DNA of 64,000 nucleotides, from NCBI GenBank assembly GCA_030141605.1, contig JAQGDQ010001010.1, forward strand, positions 1 through 64,000, in the 5' to 3' direction. This document shows positions 25,590 through 38,814 of the stretch, one piece after another. The notes beneath the pieces are model-generated. The model saw only the letters and a program-made list of their open reading frames with translations. It ran no database searches and had not been told where the DNA came from. The stretch's first letter is position 1, and each line of letters starts with the position of its first letter. Source of the stretch: Tubiluchus corallicola (Eukaryota > Animalia > Priapulida). A program made the position numbers and the translations under genes.

Positions 25590-25712
25590 GAGGGAGAGGG
25601 TGATGAAGTGAAGAAGAGGAGAGAGCGACAGCGATAGAGGGGGAGGGAGAGAAAGCGGTCGCAACAGGAAAGGAGTGAGACAAGGCAAGAGAGAAAGAGC
25701 GAGAAAGAGAGA

Positions 25713-25756
<44 letters not shown>

Positions 25757-25894
25757 AGGGGAAGGGAAGGGAGAGGGTGAGGAAGTGAAGGAGATGAGAG
25801 AGCGACAGCGATAGAGGGGGACGGAGAGAAAGAGGTCGAGACAGGAAAAGAGTGAGAAAAAGCAAGAGAGAGAAAGAGCGAGACAGAGAGAGAG

Positions 25895-25958
<64 letters not shown>

Positions 25959-25972
25959 TGAAAGAGAGAAAG
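25507..25972. repeat. (GA)n-rich tract with internal duplication
   Basis: gagagagcgacagcgatagagggg occurs twice within GA runs. Confidence 0.9.
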
Positions 25973-27316
25973 ATTATTCATTTTAATAGATTTTCTTGGT
26001 GCAAATAAAGAAACCAAACTGTGCTCTGAACGCTACAGTTTACATCTTGGACCCTGATGTGATATTTTTTGGGTTATTAATTTCTTATCAGATCGTCTTA
26101 GTACTTTTGATAAACAGCCACCAGGTGCCGCAAGTTTATGAAGCTGCCTTATTTACCTCACGTGCTTATTGTATCTTTGTTAAAGCTCTTCTACAATCTT
26201 CTATGTGAAGGTGTGCCACGTTGCTCACCAAAACACTGAAGAAGAAATCTATAATCGGTTTCCAAAGATCCGTTTTGTAAGAAGAATAAAAGTAGAATTC
26301 TTCGCTAAAAAATCCGTGAATCCACCTGTGATTCTCGTTGTTGCTGATATTTTGAATAATGGATGCCAAATTGATTAAAACTTTATTACTTTGTCATTTA
26401 TTACATTGTTGCATAATCCCTCAAAGAGTGAAATTATGTGTCAGAAAAAGCAAAGAAATTGGTGATGCAGCTGCCTCACTGCAACATTATAGTATAGTGA
26501 TAAACACTATTTGGTGCCTGCATAGCAAAATCGTCCATAAGATGGCAGTCAAGCTTTTCTAGTTGTTCACATATCGATAATAGCTCTCTGAGCTAATGTT
26601 AATTGTTGACCCAAAAGCTGACTTTAAATAAAGATTATTATTATTATTGACGGCTAATAGAAAAAAAATGCCGCCCATTTGTACCTACAAAAATTGGTGG
26701 CATCTATGAAAAAATGCTGCCTTGAAAAGTAGTTCTTTGCCGGGCAAAAACAAAACACTAAAGTCAAACTACAAAATAGTAAAACAAAAAAACTCGACTC
26801 TCAAGTTCCTCCTGATGATTCCAGAAACCCGTATTTGTCTTTTTGTTTTCCTTACTCCCTTCATAACACCTTTCCTTGCAAAATATTATAACTATACGTA
26901 TACAAAATTTCTCTCCATGAATACAAGCTATTTTATGATTATAATTACACTCCTGCAAAAATGAGAATATAATCACCTCTCAAAAAACTAAAACTATAAT
27001 ATGTAAACCTACTCCCATGACCTTCTTTCTCCAAACTGTTTTTAGCGCTATCCTGTTCTTACTGACCTACCTAACTTTTCCTTTTTATTACATTTATTAC
27101 ATAATTCTTTTCTCTCTAGTACAAACTACATATACTAACAAATGCAAGGTGCCACTTGCTGGTCGGCTGCTGCTTTGCGATATGCTTCAGTGCAACCTGA
27201 AGACATGTGCTCGCATCTAGCATAGCCTCTTTGGTTATCGCATTTCCAGGACCAATTTTTACATTGGTTTTCATAAACAAAAAATCAATACTTTAATGTG
27301 AAAGAGTAAAACCTAC

Positions 27317-27367
27317 CGTCTTCAAAAGTATCGAACACTTTTGTTTTCTTCACCCTCTTTGTCTTAT
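27317..27367 (-). CDS. POMGNT1: POMGnT1-like exon 5 (DKTKRVKKTKVFDTFED)
   Basis: ctttatag / gtaggt, 51 nt, phase 1-1; FDTF motif. Confidence 0.88.
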
Positions 27368-28547
27368 CTATAAAGTATAAACCATTTATTACATACCTGT
27401 GAATATTCGAAACAACTACACTCGTATCTCGGCTTGCCAGACCTCGCTTTTACGGATATCGGAAAAATCGGACAAAATTTGACCGTTAAACGTCCCGCAT
27501 ATTACGGACACAGTCTATTGTTTCACAATATGATCGCTAGTTGGCGGGCCGTCACTTTGTTTACATCAGTGCAACCAAGCGGCGTGTAACAACACTGTGT
27601 AGCTTGCATGTCAGGAGGGGCCCGTATTAGATGTTTCGGAGACAATTAGATGATTTATTCTACATTACCATGAGTCTAATACACATCGCCTGCTGTATTA
27701 GCTTAGTATCGGAAGATACGGACAAAATCTGGACCGTTAAAAGTGCTGCATATTACGGACACAGTCTGTTGTTTCACAAACTGACCGCTAGTTGGCGGGC
27801 CGTCACTTTGTTTACATTATAACATCAGTGCAACCAAGCAGCGTGTAATGACACGTGTGTAGCTTGTATGTCAGAAACGGCCCATACTGGACGTGTGTGA
27901 GACAATTGGGCGATTGATTCTACATTACCGTGAGTCTAATACACGGCACCTACAGTATTAGCTTAGAATCGATAAATATGTTGAATTGGCAAATTCAGAC
28001 CGATGTCTCCCAGCTTTTGTCTGGCAAACCGAGATACGACTGTAACTTCTCACACGCAGAATACGATACACCAGCAAGTAAATGTGGATTTTCAACACTA
28101 TAGACAGCATTTGTTCTCTAAGATCTTTGCCACGTACAAGCTGTTCAAGAAGAAATGTAAATTTCAATGTTTTTATCATTATGAAAAATTTGTGAGCCAA
28201 CTTCTTCGCGGTAAAATGAAGCAGACGACTTTGAAGAAATTTTCATAACTTTTGCAAATAAATAGACTTGTGTGATTTAGGAAAGTTTACTTTTTAATTT
28301 ATTGCTAATTCACTTAAATATAAATTGGTATTTTAAAATATTTTTTCTAATTTTTAACTGCACAAAGGAATTTAGGCATCACTTCGTTTCAAAATTTCAT
28401 TAAAAACCTTTGCAATGTATACTAAGCTGGTGACTCATACTTCTATAGCAGTAATACTACACCCATCAGTTAATAGGTTCAGTTGGTTAATTGGATCAAA
28501 ACACTTCAGTCCCAAAGTGAGTTTATTAAGCAGTGCCTACTGTACTA

Positions 28548-28972
28548 CGGGATGCCCACACTGTATCTCGACACTAGGCGGAGGAGCTGCACAAGCAGCC
28601 AACGGCTAGAGGGCGGAGGAGGTCAAGTGACCCAACGGCCATGTGTAGAGGAGTAAACCTTCCAAATCAGGAATGGAGCCCCGAAGGTGGACCAGTCCAG
28701 CATGCTCGCTCACTCCGGCAGCTCCTGCAGCCAACCTGGTGCCAAACGTATCGCTCCGCTTTCCTTTGGACTACACCAGGGAGGAAGAGAGGGGGTTCCT
28801 GTTGTCTGGGCAACTCAGGATCTCCATATACCTTGCCCAGGCATACATCCTCCAGGGGTTCAAGGATCGGACTGCTCAGCCACAGTCGACGCTGCAGCTC
28901 CATCAATGTGATCAATAAACTGACTCTCTTGGCGCACACTCCATTATCTTCCGGGACAGAAGGATGACAACA
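28548..28972 (+). mobile_element. SINE-like retroposon body without a Pol III head, 9-bp TSD
   Basis: Homologous to 50160-50522; (CAA)n tail; TSD actgtacta at 28539-28547 and 28973-28981. Confidence 0.88.
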
Positions 28973-29145
28973 ACTGTACTAAGACTGGCTTCGATTGTAC
29001 ATGCTATTGTATTCAGTCTTATTTATGTAAGTCCCTTATCTTTGCTATAATGCAAATTAGATGATAATGTCTAGGGGTTAGTGGATCACTCTTACGAACA
29101 ACACTGTTACGGAAAACGCGACGCTCGTACGATAAGAAAACCTAC

Positions 29146-29204
29146 CGTCTATTAGCACAACATTTAGACCACGTCCAACGTTCTGTTTTTCTTGTGACAT
29201 CAAC
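29146..29204 (-). CDS. POMGNT1: POMGnT1-like exon 4 (LMSQEKQNVGRGLNVVLID)
   Basis: ttttag / gtaggt, 59 nt, phase 2-1; matches FAM3 LMS...NNVGRG.N. Confidence 0.92.
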
Positions 29205-29350
29205 CTAAAACATAAAAATTGCAGAAACAAATGAACAAGTTTGTGTTAAAACAGACTTGTAAATAAGGAAAGCACTTGCAGTTTATGCTATTTTAGGGAT
29301 CCCGCAGAATTTTAAAATAAATTCCCCCCCGACTTTTTCTTCACTAAATA

Positions 29351-29688
29351 CAGTCGACCCTCGTTAAACCGGATCCCGTTAGCCCGGATATCGGATAAGA
29401 TGGATGTCATCCGTGGTAAAGGAAACTGACCGATTTCCATCCGAACCAGAGCGCTAAACACAACACGGTCTACCAACTGTACAATAATTTCTTTATCCTC
29501 ACAGGTTAACTATTTTAAAGTAATATACAGTATAGTATATAGCGCACAGTATATAGTGCAATGTATATAGGCCTTATTAAGGTGATTATTCTTGTATAAT
29601 ATAGACCATATATAGGCATATTCGATAAACCGGAACAAACACTACCCCCCCCCACCCCCAATTAGTCCGGTTTAACGAGGGTTGACTG
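29351..29688. mobile_element. pogo/Tigger-type MITE, second family
   Basis: TA-cagtcgaccctcgttaaaccgga ... tccggtttaacgagggttgactg-TA. Confidence 0.88.
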
Positions 29689-30439
29689 TATTGATTTTCC
29701 ATGACCAAGATAAGCAGAAATTGTATTACCAGTACACATATTCAAACATTTTTGTGTATGGACATTCATACATATACTCATATACAATGTGTCGGCACAG
29801 TTGCAGTGGTGCTAATGAAATTACACTAATCACATTAAAATAAACTTTCTTAATCCAATCATTATGGCAAATCGCTTAAAAAAATCTGGGTTCACGGTGA
29901 TTATTTTTGCAGCCATTTTCAATTTCCCTGATTTTTTGCCCCATTTTCATCATTTTCCGGACTTTTTACCAAATAATTTTTTCTGTATTTTCAGCCACGT
30001 TATTTAACCGCTGTCTACTCTCAAATGTTAACGAAAGAGAATCCACTAGCTAGGTAAGTAAGATATATAGGTGGTTTCAAGCAACCGGGATGAGAATTTT
30101 CCGCGGATATTCCAAGTTTTTGGAAGACCAGTAGTGCCATTTTTGTAAATCGCGTAAATTTGTTGAGAAAATTTTTACGGACCCAGTACATTATTTCACA
30201 AGCTGCCCGCTAGTTGGCAGGCCGTCACTTTGTTTACATCACGTACATCAGTGTAAGCACGTGTATATCTCCATGTATAGTTTTTAATGCAATCCACAAC
30301 TCACACATGTCCTGTTTGATGCAGTATGACCCGGCAATGGTGGTGGAACTGGTACCAAGTTCACTGATAATCCTTCAAGATGAGACACAAAACTGGCAAC
30401 AGTTCAAAAGTGAATACATTCTGCCTCAACTTGGTTAAT

Positions 30440-30706
30440 GGCCAAAATAAGAAAACAATGAAAATGCCTAGAGCAAATAACGAAGACAGGGACCACCTAT
30501 CCATTCACTAGCCAAACTAGTCATGGCCTAACTGCCAAAATAAGAAAATCAATGAAAATGCCTAGAGCAAATAACGAAGACAGGGGTCACCTATCCATTC
30601 ACTAACCAAACTAGTCATGGCCTAACTGCCAAAATAAGAAAATCAATGGAAATGCCTAGGGCAAATAATGAAGACAGGGCTCACCTATCCGTTCACTAAC
30701 CAAACT
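30440..30706. repeat. Tandem repeat of about 95 bp, about 2.8 copies
   Basis: gccaaaataagaaaa.caatg..aatgcctag.gcaaataa.gaagacaggg..cacctatcc occurs three times. Confidence 0.9.
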
Positions 30707-30816
30707 TTAGTAGCTAAACCACACACAATATTACCACTTAGCCTTTCCAGTCCCCCATTCCTAGCAAATACGTATTGTATGCTACATTTTCTAGGCGCTC
30801 ATGCCCTAAAACTTAC

Positions 30817-30925
30817 AGTTTCCTGTCAAAACAGATAATCGGAGAAACATCCATGCCATCTCCAGAGGCGACACGGTACATCTGTCCCTCCTTCTCACAC
30901 TGCTCTTCTACCAAACAAGGCAAAT
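30817..30925 (-). CDS. POMGNT1: POMGnT1-like exon 3 (DLPCLVEEQCEKEGQMYRVASGDGMDVSPIICFDRK), start of ILEI domain 1
   Basis: attccag / gtaagt, 109 nt, phase 1-2; FAM3-type C.....C...ASG.....P.IC. Confidence 0.9.
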
Positions 30926-30992
30926 CTGGAATGTATCGGCAATATGTGACAAACATTTTGATAAACTATTTTGATATATAGATTATACGTAC

Positions 30993-31040
<48 letters not shown>

Positions 31041-31563
31041 TATATATCAAAATATGTTATATATATATAATAGACGTTAATAATGATCATGATGTTGAGG
31101 AGGAAAACGACGATGAAGGCGACGACATTGACGATGGCATTGATGATGACAACAACAACAACAACAACAACAACAGCAGCAGCAACAGCATAACAAGATA
31201 ATAATAGCATAATAAGATAATTTAGACCGCCTTGATGATGGTAAAAAATTAGAACAGTTTTGTTGCACTGCTCTCAATTGGCTAGGTAAGCAAACCTTGT
31301 TGTGTGGTAAGGTAAATACACATGTCAGTGTTTAGTGTTCGTTGCTTTACAACTGAGCCGAGTGCAACCATTAGTGCAAACAGAACAAAAACAATATTTG
31401 ACTCCTCGACCAACCGTACTCTACAGCTCAAAGTACGATCTTGGTTAAGTCAAGTTTGCTGTTAAGTGTCTAGGACTGGGCAGATATATTAACTTGACAT
31501 CTGCCAAATGTCAACTAGAAACTAACTAACCATTCATTACTTCTCTACATCCGACACTACAAA

Positions 31564-32161
31564 CAGTGGCGACTCATAGCTAAAATTAGTGGGGGTGCTG
31601 CTTCAGAAAATTTTTAGCCATTGTTTTAATACTGTGTAAAACGTAACAAACATATCTAATTTTAATGTTCTGGTTTTATTTGAAGATCGGGGGATGAACG
31701 GCCTCTTTTCTTAACTGCAACTTTCTCATGGAGAGACAACTGTGAAAAATTAACCTGTTGTAGGTCACTCACAGTCACAGAACTTATTTCTTGGGGATGC
31801 AAGGCGTCCATTAGTAAATAATTTATGTTTTAAGCACACACGCTAAGTTTACACTTTATCACGTCCAAGAATCTGATGGTACACCGTAAGCACGTGGCAA
31901 TTGTTACTGTGTAGGAGACAATACTTTTCTACCTGGCAGCAGACTCTAGTGTACAGACGCTAGCTCAGACATGTGCACTACAGCTAAACACCACGTTGCT
32001 TGGGCTGTGAAGCAAACAATACTTCCTCCTGTGCTCTGGTTCCGTACAAGTATAAAAAAAAACTAACGAAAAAAGACTTATCATACTGAATATTACCGAT
32101 AATAATGAGCGAAAACAGGGGGTGCTGCAGTACCACAGTACTGATAGACGAGCCGCCACTG
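31564..32161. mobile_element. hAT-like MITE (cagtggcg family)
   Basis: TIRs as in 18795-19422; near-TSD actacaaa / actataaa. Confidence 0.85.
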
Positions 32162-32238
32162 ACTATAAATATAACAATCTCTCTTGTATAAAGATCTATA
32201 ACTAAAACATGTGTGCTAGTGTTTGATATTTTACCCAC

Positions 32239-32397
32239 CTTCTATTAATCCTGGGCCCACGATGTTTAACTTTGACGTCTCTTCCAAAGATTTTTGTACT
32301 TTTGTCATTAGCGTTTCGCCGCTGCTCGACACGAACGCATACTGAGATGCAAAAATGCATGCAATGATGCACAGAACTATTACAATCATTCGATATC
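32239..32397 (-). CDS. POMGNT1: POMGnT1-like exon 2: transmembrane anchor and stem (YRMIVIVLCIIACIFASQYAFVSS...GPGLIE)
   Basis: tttttag / gtgggt, 159 nt, phase 1-1; hydrophobic span. Confidence 0.82.
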
Positions 32398-32819
32398 CTA
32401 AAAACAACAGGAGTAATTCAAAATAATGATTTAATTTCAAGAAAAAGTGATTAAACTAGTAATGCCATAAAATCCCATTGTTATAGCTGATGGTACAAAT
32501 AATTTTCAAGTTTCTTTCACGTCTTTCAAGTGAAAACTAATCCTATTTTTAATAGCCGACGAAGTGAATAAAAAATGACTTCAGGGGAAATGAGTCTCTG
32601 AGCTTGTCTAGCCACCATTCGTTACAGGAAAGTAGGGCAGAGTAGTTATAAAAAAACCACCAGGATAACGTCATACGAAATTTACAAGTCTACAGAGAAA
32701 TATTTTGTAATTATAACGTTACTTCGATGCTCTTGTGTATGCCAAAAATGGTTTACTATGCATAATAGTTGTACGTGTATTGTCTAATAGAAAAAGGAGC
32801 ACTTCTGCTATTGGCATGC

Positions 32820-33455
32820 TTAGATTAGATTAGATTAGATTTAATAGATTTATTTTGCAATAAACATATACATTACATGTGCATCGATAATCAGTTTTTG
32901 TTAATACAAAAATATTATACAATTCATGAATTCTGCACTAGAGACCTAAGAAGCTAGCTTATGGTAGGCCACTAGAATTAGTTAAGAGAAAAATTACAAT
33001 ATATACGGATACAGTATTACAATATATACAAATATAAATACGGGTGGGAAGTAATAAAAATATTATTATACTAGAGGGGAAGTTTTTGAATACGAAAAAC
33101 AACAAATCATGATTGAGTGATCAGTTACATGTTTCAATTAAGTTTAATTTATAATTTTTTTTAAATATGGACAGCGAGTTGGCATTTTTAATAGCTGGAG
33201 CAATTGAATTCCATATGTAAGGGCCATTGTATTTAATAGAAAATTTTCTAGCATTAGTGTTGCACTGTATGTAGTGATAGTTCAGTCTATAACGTGTGCC
33301 GTAATTATGTATCTCAGCATTCAAACAAAAATAATCAATAAATAAGAGAGGCAATAATTTATGAGAGAATTTGTACATGAAAATGGCAGTTTCGAACTTA
33401 TTAATGTCATAAATGTTTAGAAAGTTTAGTCTTTTAAATATTGGTGGTGTATGGG
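32820..33455 (-). mobile_element. CR1/L2-group LINE 3' end with (ATCTA)n tail; tail fragment also at about 42245-42385
   Basis: FMYKF....LP..F..YF..N..IHNY.TR...RKFSIKYNGP.IWNSI. Confidence 0.82.
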
Positions 33456-33829
33456 TCTTTTAAATATTGTAGTCTCCCTCCCTCCTACTGACATCTTTTG
33501 AGCTCATGGGGTGAGACAGATTTTTTTGTGGCCGGCTCTACTGGAAAAGGAAAGACAAAAGAGTGATAGACTAATGGCCTCTCCTCATTGCATAATAAAG
33601 TTACAAATATACATGCTGTAACAATCATGTGCTGGGTCCGTAAAAATTTTCTCAACGAATTTACGCGATTTACAAAAATGGCACTAATGGTCTTCCAAGA
33701 ACTCGGAATCCCACGTATCCGCAGAAAATTCTCATCCCTGAACAATCTATTCCTACGCTGTCAATCTTTTTCATTCTCCTGTAATGCACATGAAAACTAG
33801 ACGTCAGTCAGTATAATATTTTAAATTAC

Positions 33830-33863
33830 CTCCTATTTTACGGAAAAAGAATCTGTACTTCAT
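33830..33863 (-). CDS. POMGNT1: POMGnT1-like coding exon 1 (MKYRFFFRKIG); exon begins at the acceptor at 33973 with 5' UTR
   Basis: acagcATG, basic cytosolic tail, GAG|gtaatt donor, phase 1 matches exon 2; gtttcag acceptor upstream. Confidence 0.72.
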
Positions 33864-34331
33864 GCTGTTAGCCGGTACGATCAGACGTTTGCACTTTCTT
33901 CTAAAGAGAATGATGACTGTACGGACAAACTGCTTTTAATCCTAGCAAATCACAGTGTTACAATAATATTAACCTGAAACAGAAAAACACGATAATAATA
34001 TCTGCATTTTTAAGATAAGAAATCTCTGTCATGAAAATGCTGGTAGGATTTTAAGTAAGACATTTTTACTGGGTTTTTTCTAAAACAGATTTTTATAGGC
34101 TTATTGATTTTCTTTGTCAACAAGTAAATTTCCCTGTTCCTTTAGACTTAGATTTATTGTATGCAATGCCAGTGTGTAGCACTTCTTTGTTGGAGCTGAC
34201 ACTAAGCTTATGACTAGGACATTGATCTAGTAATTGTTGTTGGTACCAGCCGGCACACAAGAAATATCACTTAGTTAAAAAGCTTCCTGGTTTAGTGAAG
34301 CGTTGGCTGTTAAAAAATATAATGAAAAAGC

Positions 34332-35775
34332 TGACACTCTCAGTAACTCACTGGCAGTCACACAGTAAACTCTCTGACTAGCTCACACTCTCAGTAACTC
34401 ACTGGCAGTCACACAGTAAACTCTCTGACTAGCTCACACTCAGTAACTCACTGGCAGTCATTTAGTAAACTATCTGACTAGCTCGCACTCAGTAACTCAC
34501 TGGCAGTCACTCTGTAAACTCTCTGACTAGCTCACACTCAGTAACTCACTGGCAGTCACTCAGTAAACTCTCTAACTAGCTCACACTCAGAAACTCACTG
34601 GCAGTCACTCAGTAAACTCTCTGACTAGCTCACACTCAGTAACTCACTGCCAGCCACACAGTAAACTCTCTGACTAGCTCACACTGTCAGTAACTCACTG
34701 GCAGTCACTCAGTAAACTCTCTGACTAGCTCACACTCTCAGTAACTCACTAACAGTCACTCAGTAAACTCTCTGACTAGCTCACACTCGGTAACTCACTG
34801 GCAGTCACACAGTAAACTCTCTCATTAGCTCACACTCAGTAACTCATTGGCAGTCACACAGTAAACTCTCTGACTAGCTCACACTCTCAGTAACTCACTG
34901 GCAGTCACACAGTAAACTCTCTGACTAGCTCACACTCTCAGTAACTCACTAACAGTCACTCAGTAAACTCTCTGACTAGCTCACACTCGGTAACTCACTG
35001 GCAGTCACACAGTAAACTCTCTCATTAGCTCACACTCAGTAACTCATTGGCAGTCACACAGTAAACTCTCTGACTAGCTCACACTCAGTAACTCACTGGC
35101 AGTCACACAGTAAACTCTCTGACTAGCTCACACTCTCAGTAACTCACTAACAGTCACTCAGTAAACTCTCTGACTAGCTCACACTCGGTAACTCACTGGC
35201 AGTCACACAGTAAACTCTCTCATTAGCTCACACTCAGTAACTCATTGGCAGTCACACAGTAAACTCTCTGACTAGCTCACACTCAGTAACTCACTGGCAG
35301 TCACACAGTAAACTCTCTGACTAGCTCACACTCTCAGTAACTCACTAACAGTCACTCAGTAAACTCTCTGACTAGCTCACACTCGGTAACTCACTGGCAG
35401 TCACACAGTAAACTCTCTCATTAGCTCACACTCAGTAACTCACTGGCAGTCACTCAGTAAACTCTCTGACTAGCTCACACTCAGTAACTCACTGGCAGTC
35501 ACACAGTAAACTCTCTGACTAGCTCACACTCAGTAACTCACTGGCAGTCACTCAGTAAACTCTCTGACTAGCTCACACTCGGTAACTCACTGGCAGTCAC
35601 ACAGTAAACTCTCTCATTAGCTCACACTCAGTAACTCACTGGCAGTCACACAGTAAACTCTCTGACTAGCTCACACTCAGTAACTCACTGGCAGTCACTC
35701 AGTAAACTCTCTGACTAGGTCACACTCAGTAACTCACTGGCAGTCACTTAGTAAACTATCTGACTAGCTCACACT
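34332..35775. repeat. 49/51-bp minisatellite, about 29 copies, with 4-unit higher-order periodicity
   Basis: Unit cagtaactcactggcagtcacacagtaaactctctgactagctcacact; the aacagtc variant recurs at 34751, 34951, 35149 and 35347. Confidence 0.95.
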
Positions 35776-38700
35776 AAGTCTCTGGTAAGGCAAACTCTTG
35801 AAATGCTTCTAAGTTTGGCAAACTTGGCTCATTGGAAAGTCATAAGTCATTTCTTTCACATTTACAATAGTTTCATGTACAACATATGGTGAAAGGGCCT
35901 AGAATAAACATAATACAAATAAGTTTTTGTTTCTGCACACTATGTTTGGCTCTAGATACAAAATTTCATTTCAAGATTGTAATAATTCGGTTGCACAAAA
36001 ATAATCTGATGGACAAACACGGAACATACGTAATACAAAATAAATCGTCCTCTGCAATCTGCCTAAATATTTTGGTACTACAAATTTCAACAGCAACCAT
36101 TGAAATCAAACAAGTATAACTTTCATGTGGAAGTTGGAGTTGTACATTGTAATTAGGTGCTGCCATCTATGTGCTAATCCTGTCACATTCTGCCAGCTGA
36201 CTTACCTTCAGTATAATTGTACGGTCCAGTGACTACATACACACTGGTCCTCTCATTATCTAAAATTAATGGTTGTTGTGAAGCCTGTGCAACTCTGCAT
36301 AGGTCAAGTTCTAGACCTCTATACTGGCTGTGAAACAGGTTTTACTGACTGTTTTTGCTTTCTAGTTTTAGCTCAATGTTCAGTGCAGCAGTTTTGCTAC
36401 TCATGTTTTCTGTAGTTTAATAAACATTTTTCTGTTGTGTGCAGTGCAAATATTTATTATAGATTTTTGGTTACTATCCCTACTTCTCTGTGCCTAAACT
36501 CAATCATAACAAAGTGACTGAACAACAACTTCAAAAACGACTTTCACATTTCATACACATACTATCAAAATGGATTATTTGTGTGCTTGCAAACCAAAAC
36601 TGCCCAAAGTTGGCATAGTTGAAACTACGTTACGATGCTTTAAAGTAGAAAGCACCAAAAATTTGGTCAAATGTTGATTTTTTATTTTTTATAAAAACAA
36701 ACATTAAATATACTGGACTTTTATATTCTGACACCAAATTATCGGGAAAATGTCCAAAAAATACTAAAAATCTAATTTTGTAACTTCTTACCCACTTTAC
36801 CAGTCTAAAAACTAGTACTGCAGTTGTAAAAAAACTTGTATTTTCTAACTCCGATTGTAGCTCGTGGAAGCAGCCATTCTGCTTCGGGTATTTTTCTGTT
36901 GACAACCCCAGACCTTCATCAGGAAGAACCATCTACTGGATTTAAATGTAACTTCAATTTGATCTTGTAAAATCCATAGGAACCACACGTTGCTAAGTGT
37001 TTTCTAGAGATGCGACAAAAAACAAAGGCTGACTTTAACAGCGATTTTCTCAAGAATCATGTTTTTCATTGAGCAGCCTGCACCTCAACTTCAACGTGGC
37101 TTATCTCAGCTTAGAAATAACATGGAGCAATGAGCTTGAAATCAATGTGATCCTCATGAAATGGCGATTCAGGATATGTGAATAACTAGAAAAACTTAAT
37201 TGCCGACTTATGGATGATTTTGCTATGCAAGTACACATTTACTTATTTATCATTTACCAAAACTGCGTTTAGTATAAAAACAGGCTAATATAATTAAACA
37301 TCATGTATTATTACAGAGGTAGTCTCAGGAGAGTAAGAAGACAACGCAGCAGTATTCAGATTCTCACAGACAGTGAAATTAATCAAACGTAATTTTAATG
37401 TACCACCACGAATACCTCATAAGGTTAAACAAACATAACTTAGTGTGCACAGAATCATAATAACCAGGGTAATATAAATATTTACATACAATCTAGGAAG
37501 CTAAAATAAATACTTTTCTTCGTTGAAAAACGGTTTATATGAATAATATAAATGCATTCAACAACCACTAGCACCTCCATATTGCTATTTTTGTCAGCGA
37601 AATCTCTGCAGCTAAATGCACCTCAACCTTCAGCGCAAATTCCACTAGCCGCGTACACTGTGACAAATTATACTAAAGTACAATTACAATTATTGTCAAT
37701 GTAGTAAGATTGTTCTATTTATATTAATGGCTGATCATACATTAACTCTATGCACATACTGTTGAGTGCAAATAGCAAACAAAAACACTGTCGGCAAATA
37801 AGCTGGTAGCCATGCTACATTGATTACAACAATGGTTAAACCTTTGCAAAATTCTTGGTTTCATCCATCATTTCATCCCACATTAAAGGAAAGGCCAAGA
37901 CTTCTTTGAAGTTTGGCTTATTTCAGTTTGGTTTATTTCAACTATGTGTGTAATAAGCAATTATACTTTTATTAATACTATTTTATTAGAAATATTAAAC
38001 TAGATTTTACTAATTCTTATGAAACCGTTTGTTTCATACAGCAGGTGCAGGACCAGCTCTGTCACTGAGCAAACTAGGCAGTTGCCTATGTCGCCAAATT
38101 CTACATGTTTTCTGTAATTTTAAATTTCGGCGTAAATAATGATCTAGCAGCCTATATGTGTAATTGTTTAGGTGCACAACACTTTAATATACGTTCCTTT
38201 TGCTCTTAATTCATATTTTTTGCATAGATCAGCAGATCATTCAGTTGAGAAAAAGTTTCTTGCTATAGCATTTATAATAATTATGGCAAACTTAAAAGAA
38301 ATTGAAGTCTTGTTGAGTGTAAAACAGGATACGAAGGGTTAAGAGGGGTTTTTTTTGAACAAAAATACATTTCACAAAAAAATTGCCAAAATTTTTTTCC
38401 TCAGAAAACTTTTTCATGGAAGTCAAACTGGTATTCAGATAACATAATTTTTTGTTTATCAATCAAGCGTCTATACAATAGCTTCACAATAAGCTTAGAA
38501 AGTACTGGCAAAATTGCGCTAATTGCATGCTGTTTCAGATACTCTAATGATAAAGAATGTGTGTGGCTGAAATGCTGAATTATCCGAATCTATAATTGTA
38601 GGTTCGAATCGATTTCGAATTAAAAAACTTGTTCGAACCTTCAACGCTCACCCCTATGATAATAACTTTAATTTTGTTCCTATTACAATTGACTTTTAAC

Positions 38701-38814
38701 CACTATTTTTTACGCCATACATGTAACTCATTTCAACAGATATGTACAGTATTACGACACTTATCAAAGTTTGCATAAGTTACTTAAAAAGTGCCATCGT
38801 CTGCGTCATCATTA

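Noticed and set aside
26170-26375. Plus-strand TEEEIYNRFPKIRFVRRI...ILNNGCQID, resembling a LINE ORF1/gag remnant
   Set aside because: Short and interrupted, with no diagnostic zinc knuckle; cannot be supported without a search
28641-28967. Cluster of four GC-rich ORFs
   Set aside because: All lie within the SINE-like body; the sister copy at 50160 has indels relative to it
30685-30761. Extra minus-strand exon ending GATAG|gtgagc, with the donor echoed in the 95-bp repeat
   Set aside because: Would need an intron of about 55 nt, ends in a stop and has no ILEI similarity; exon 29146-29204 already supplies the expected sequence
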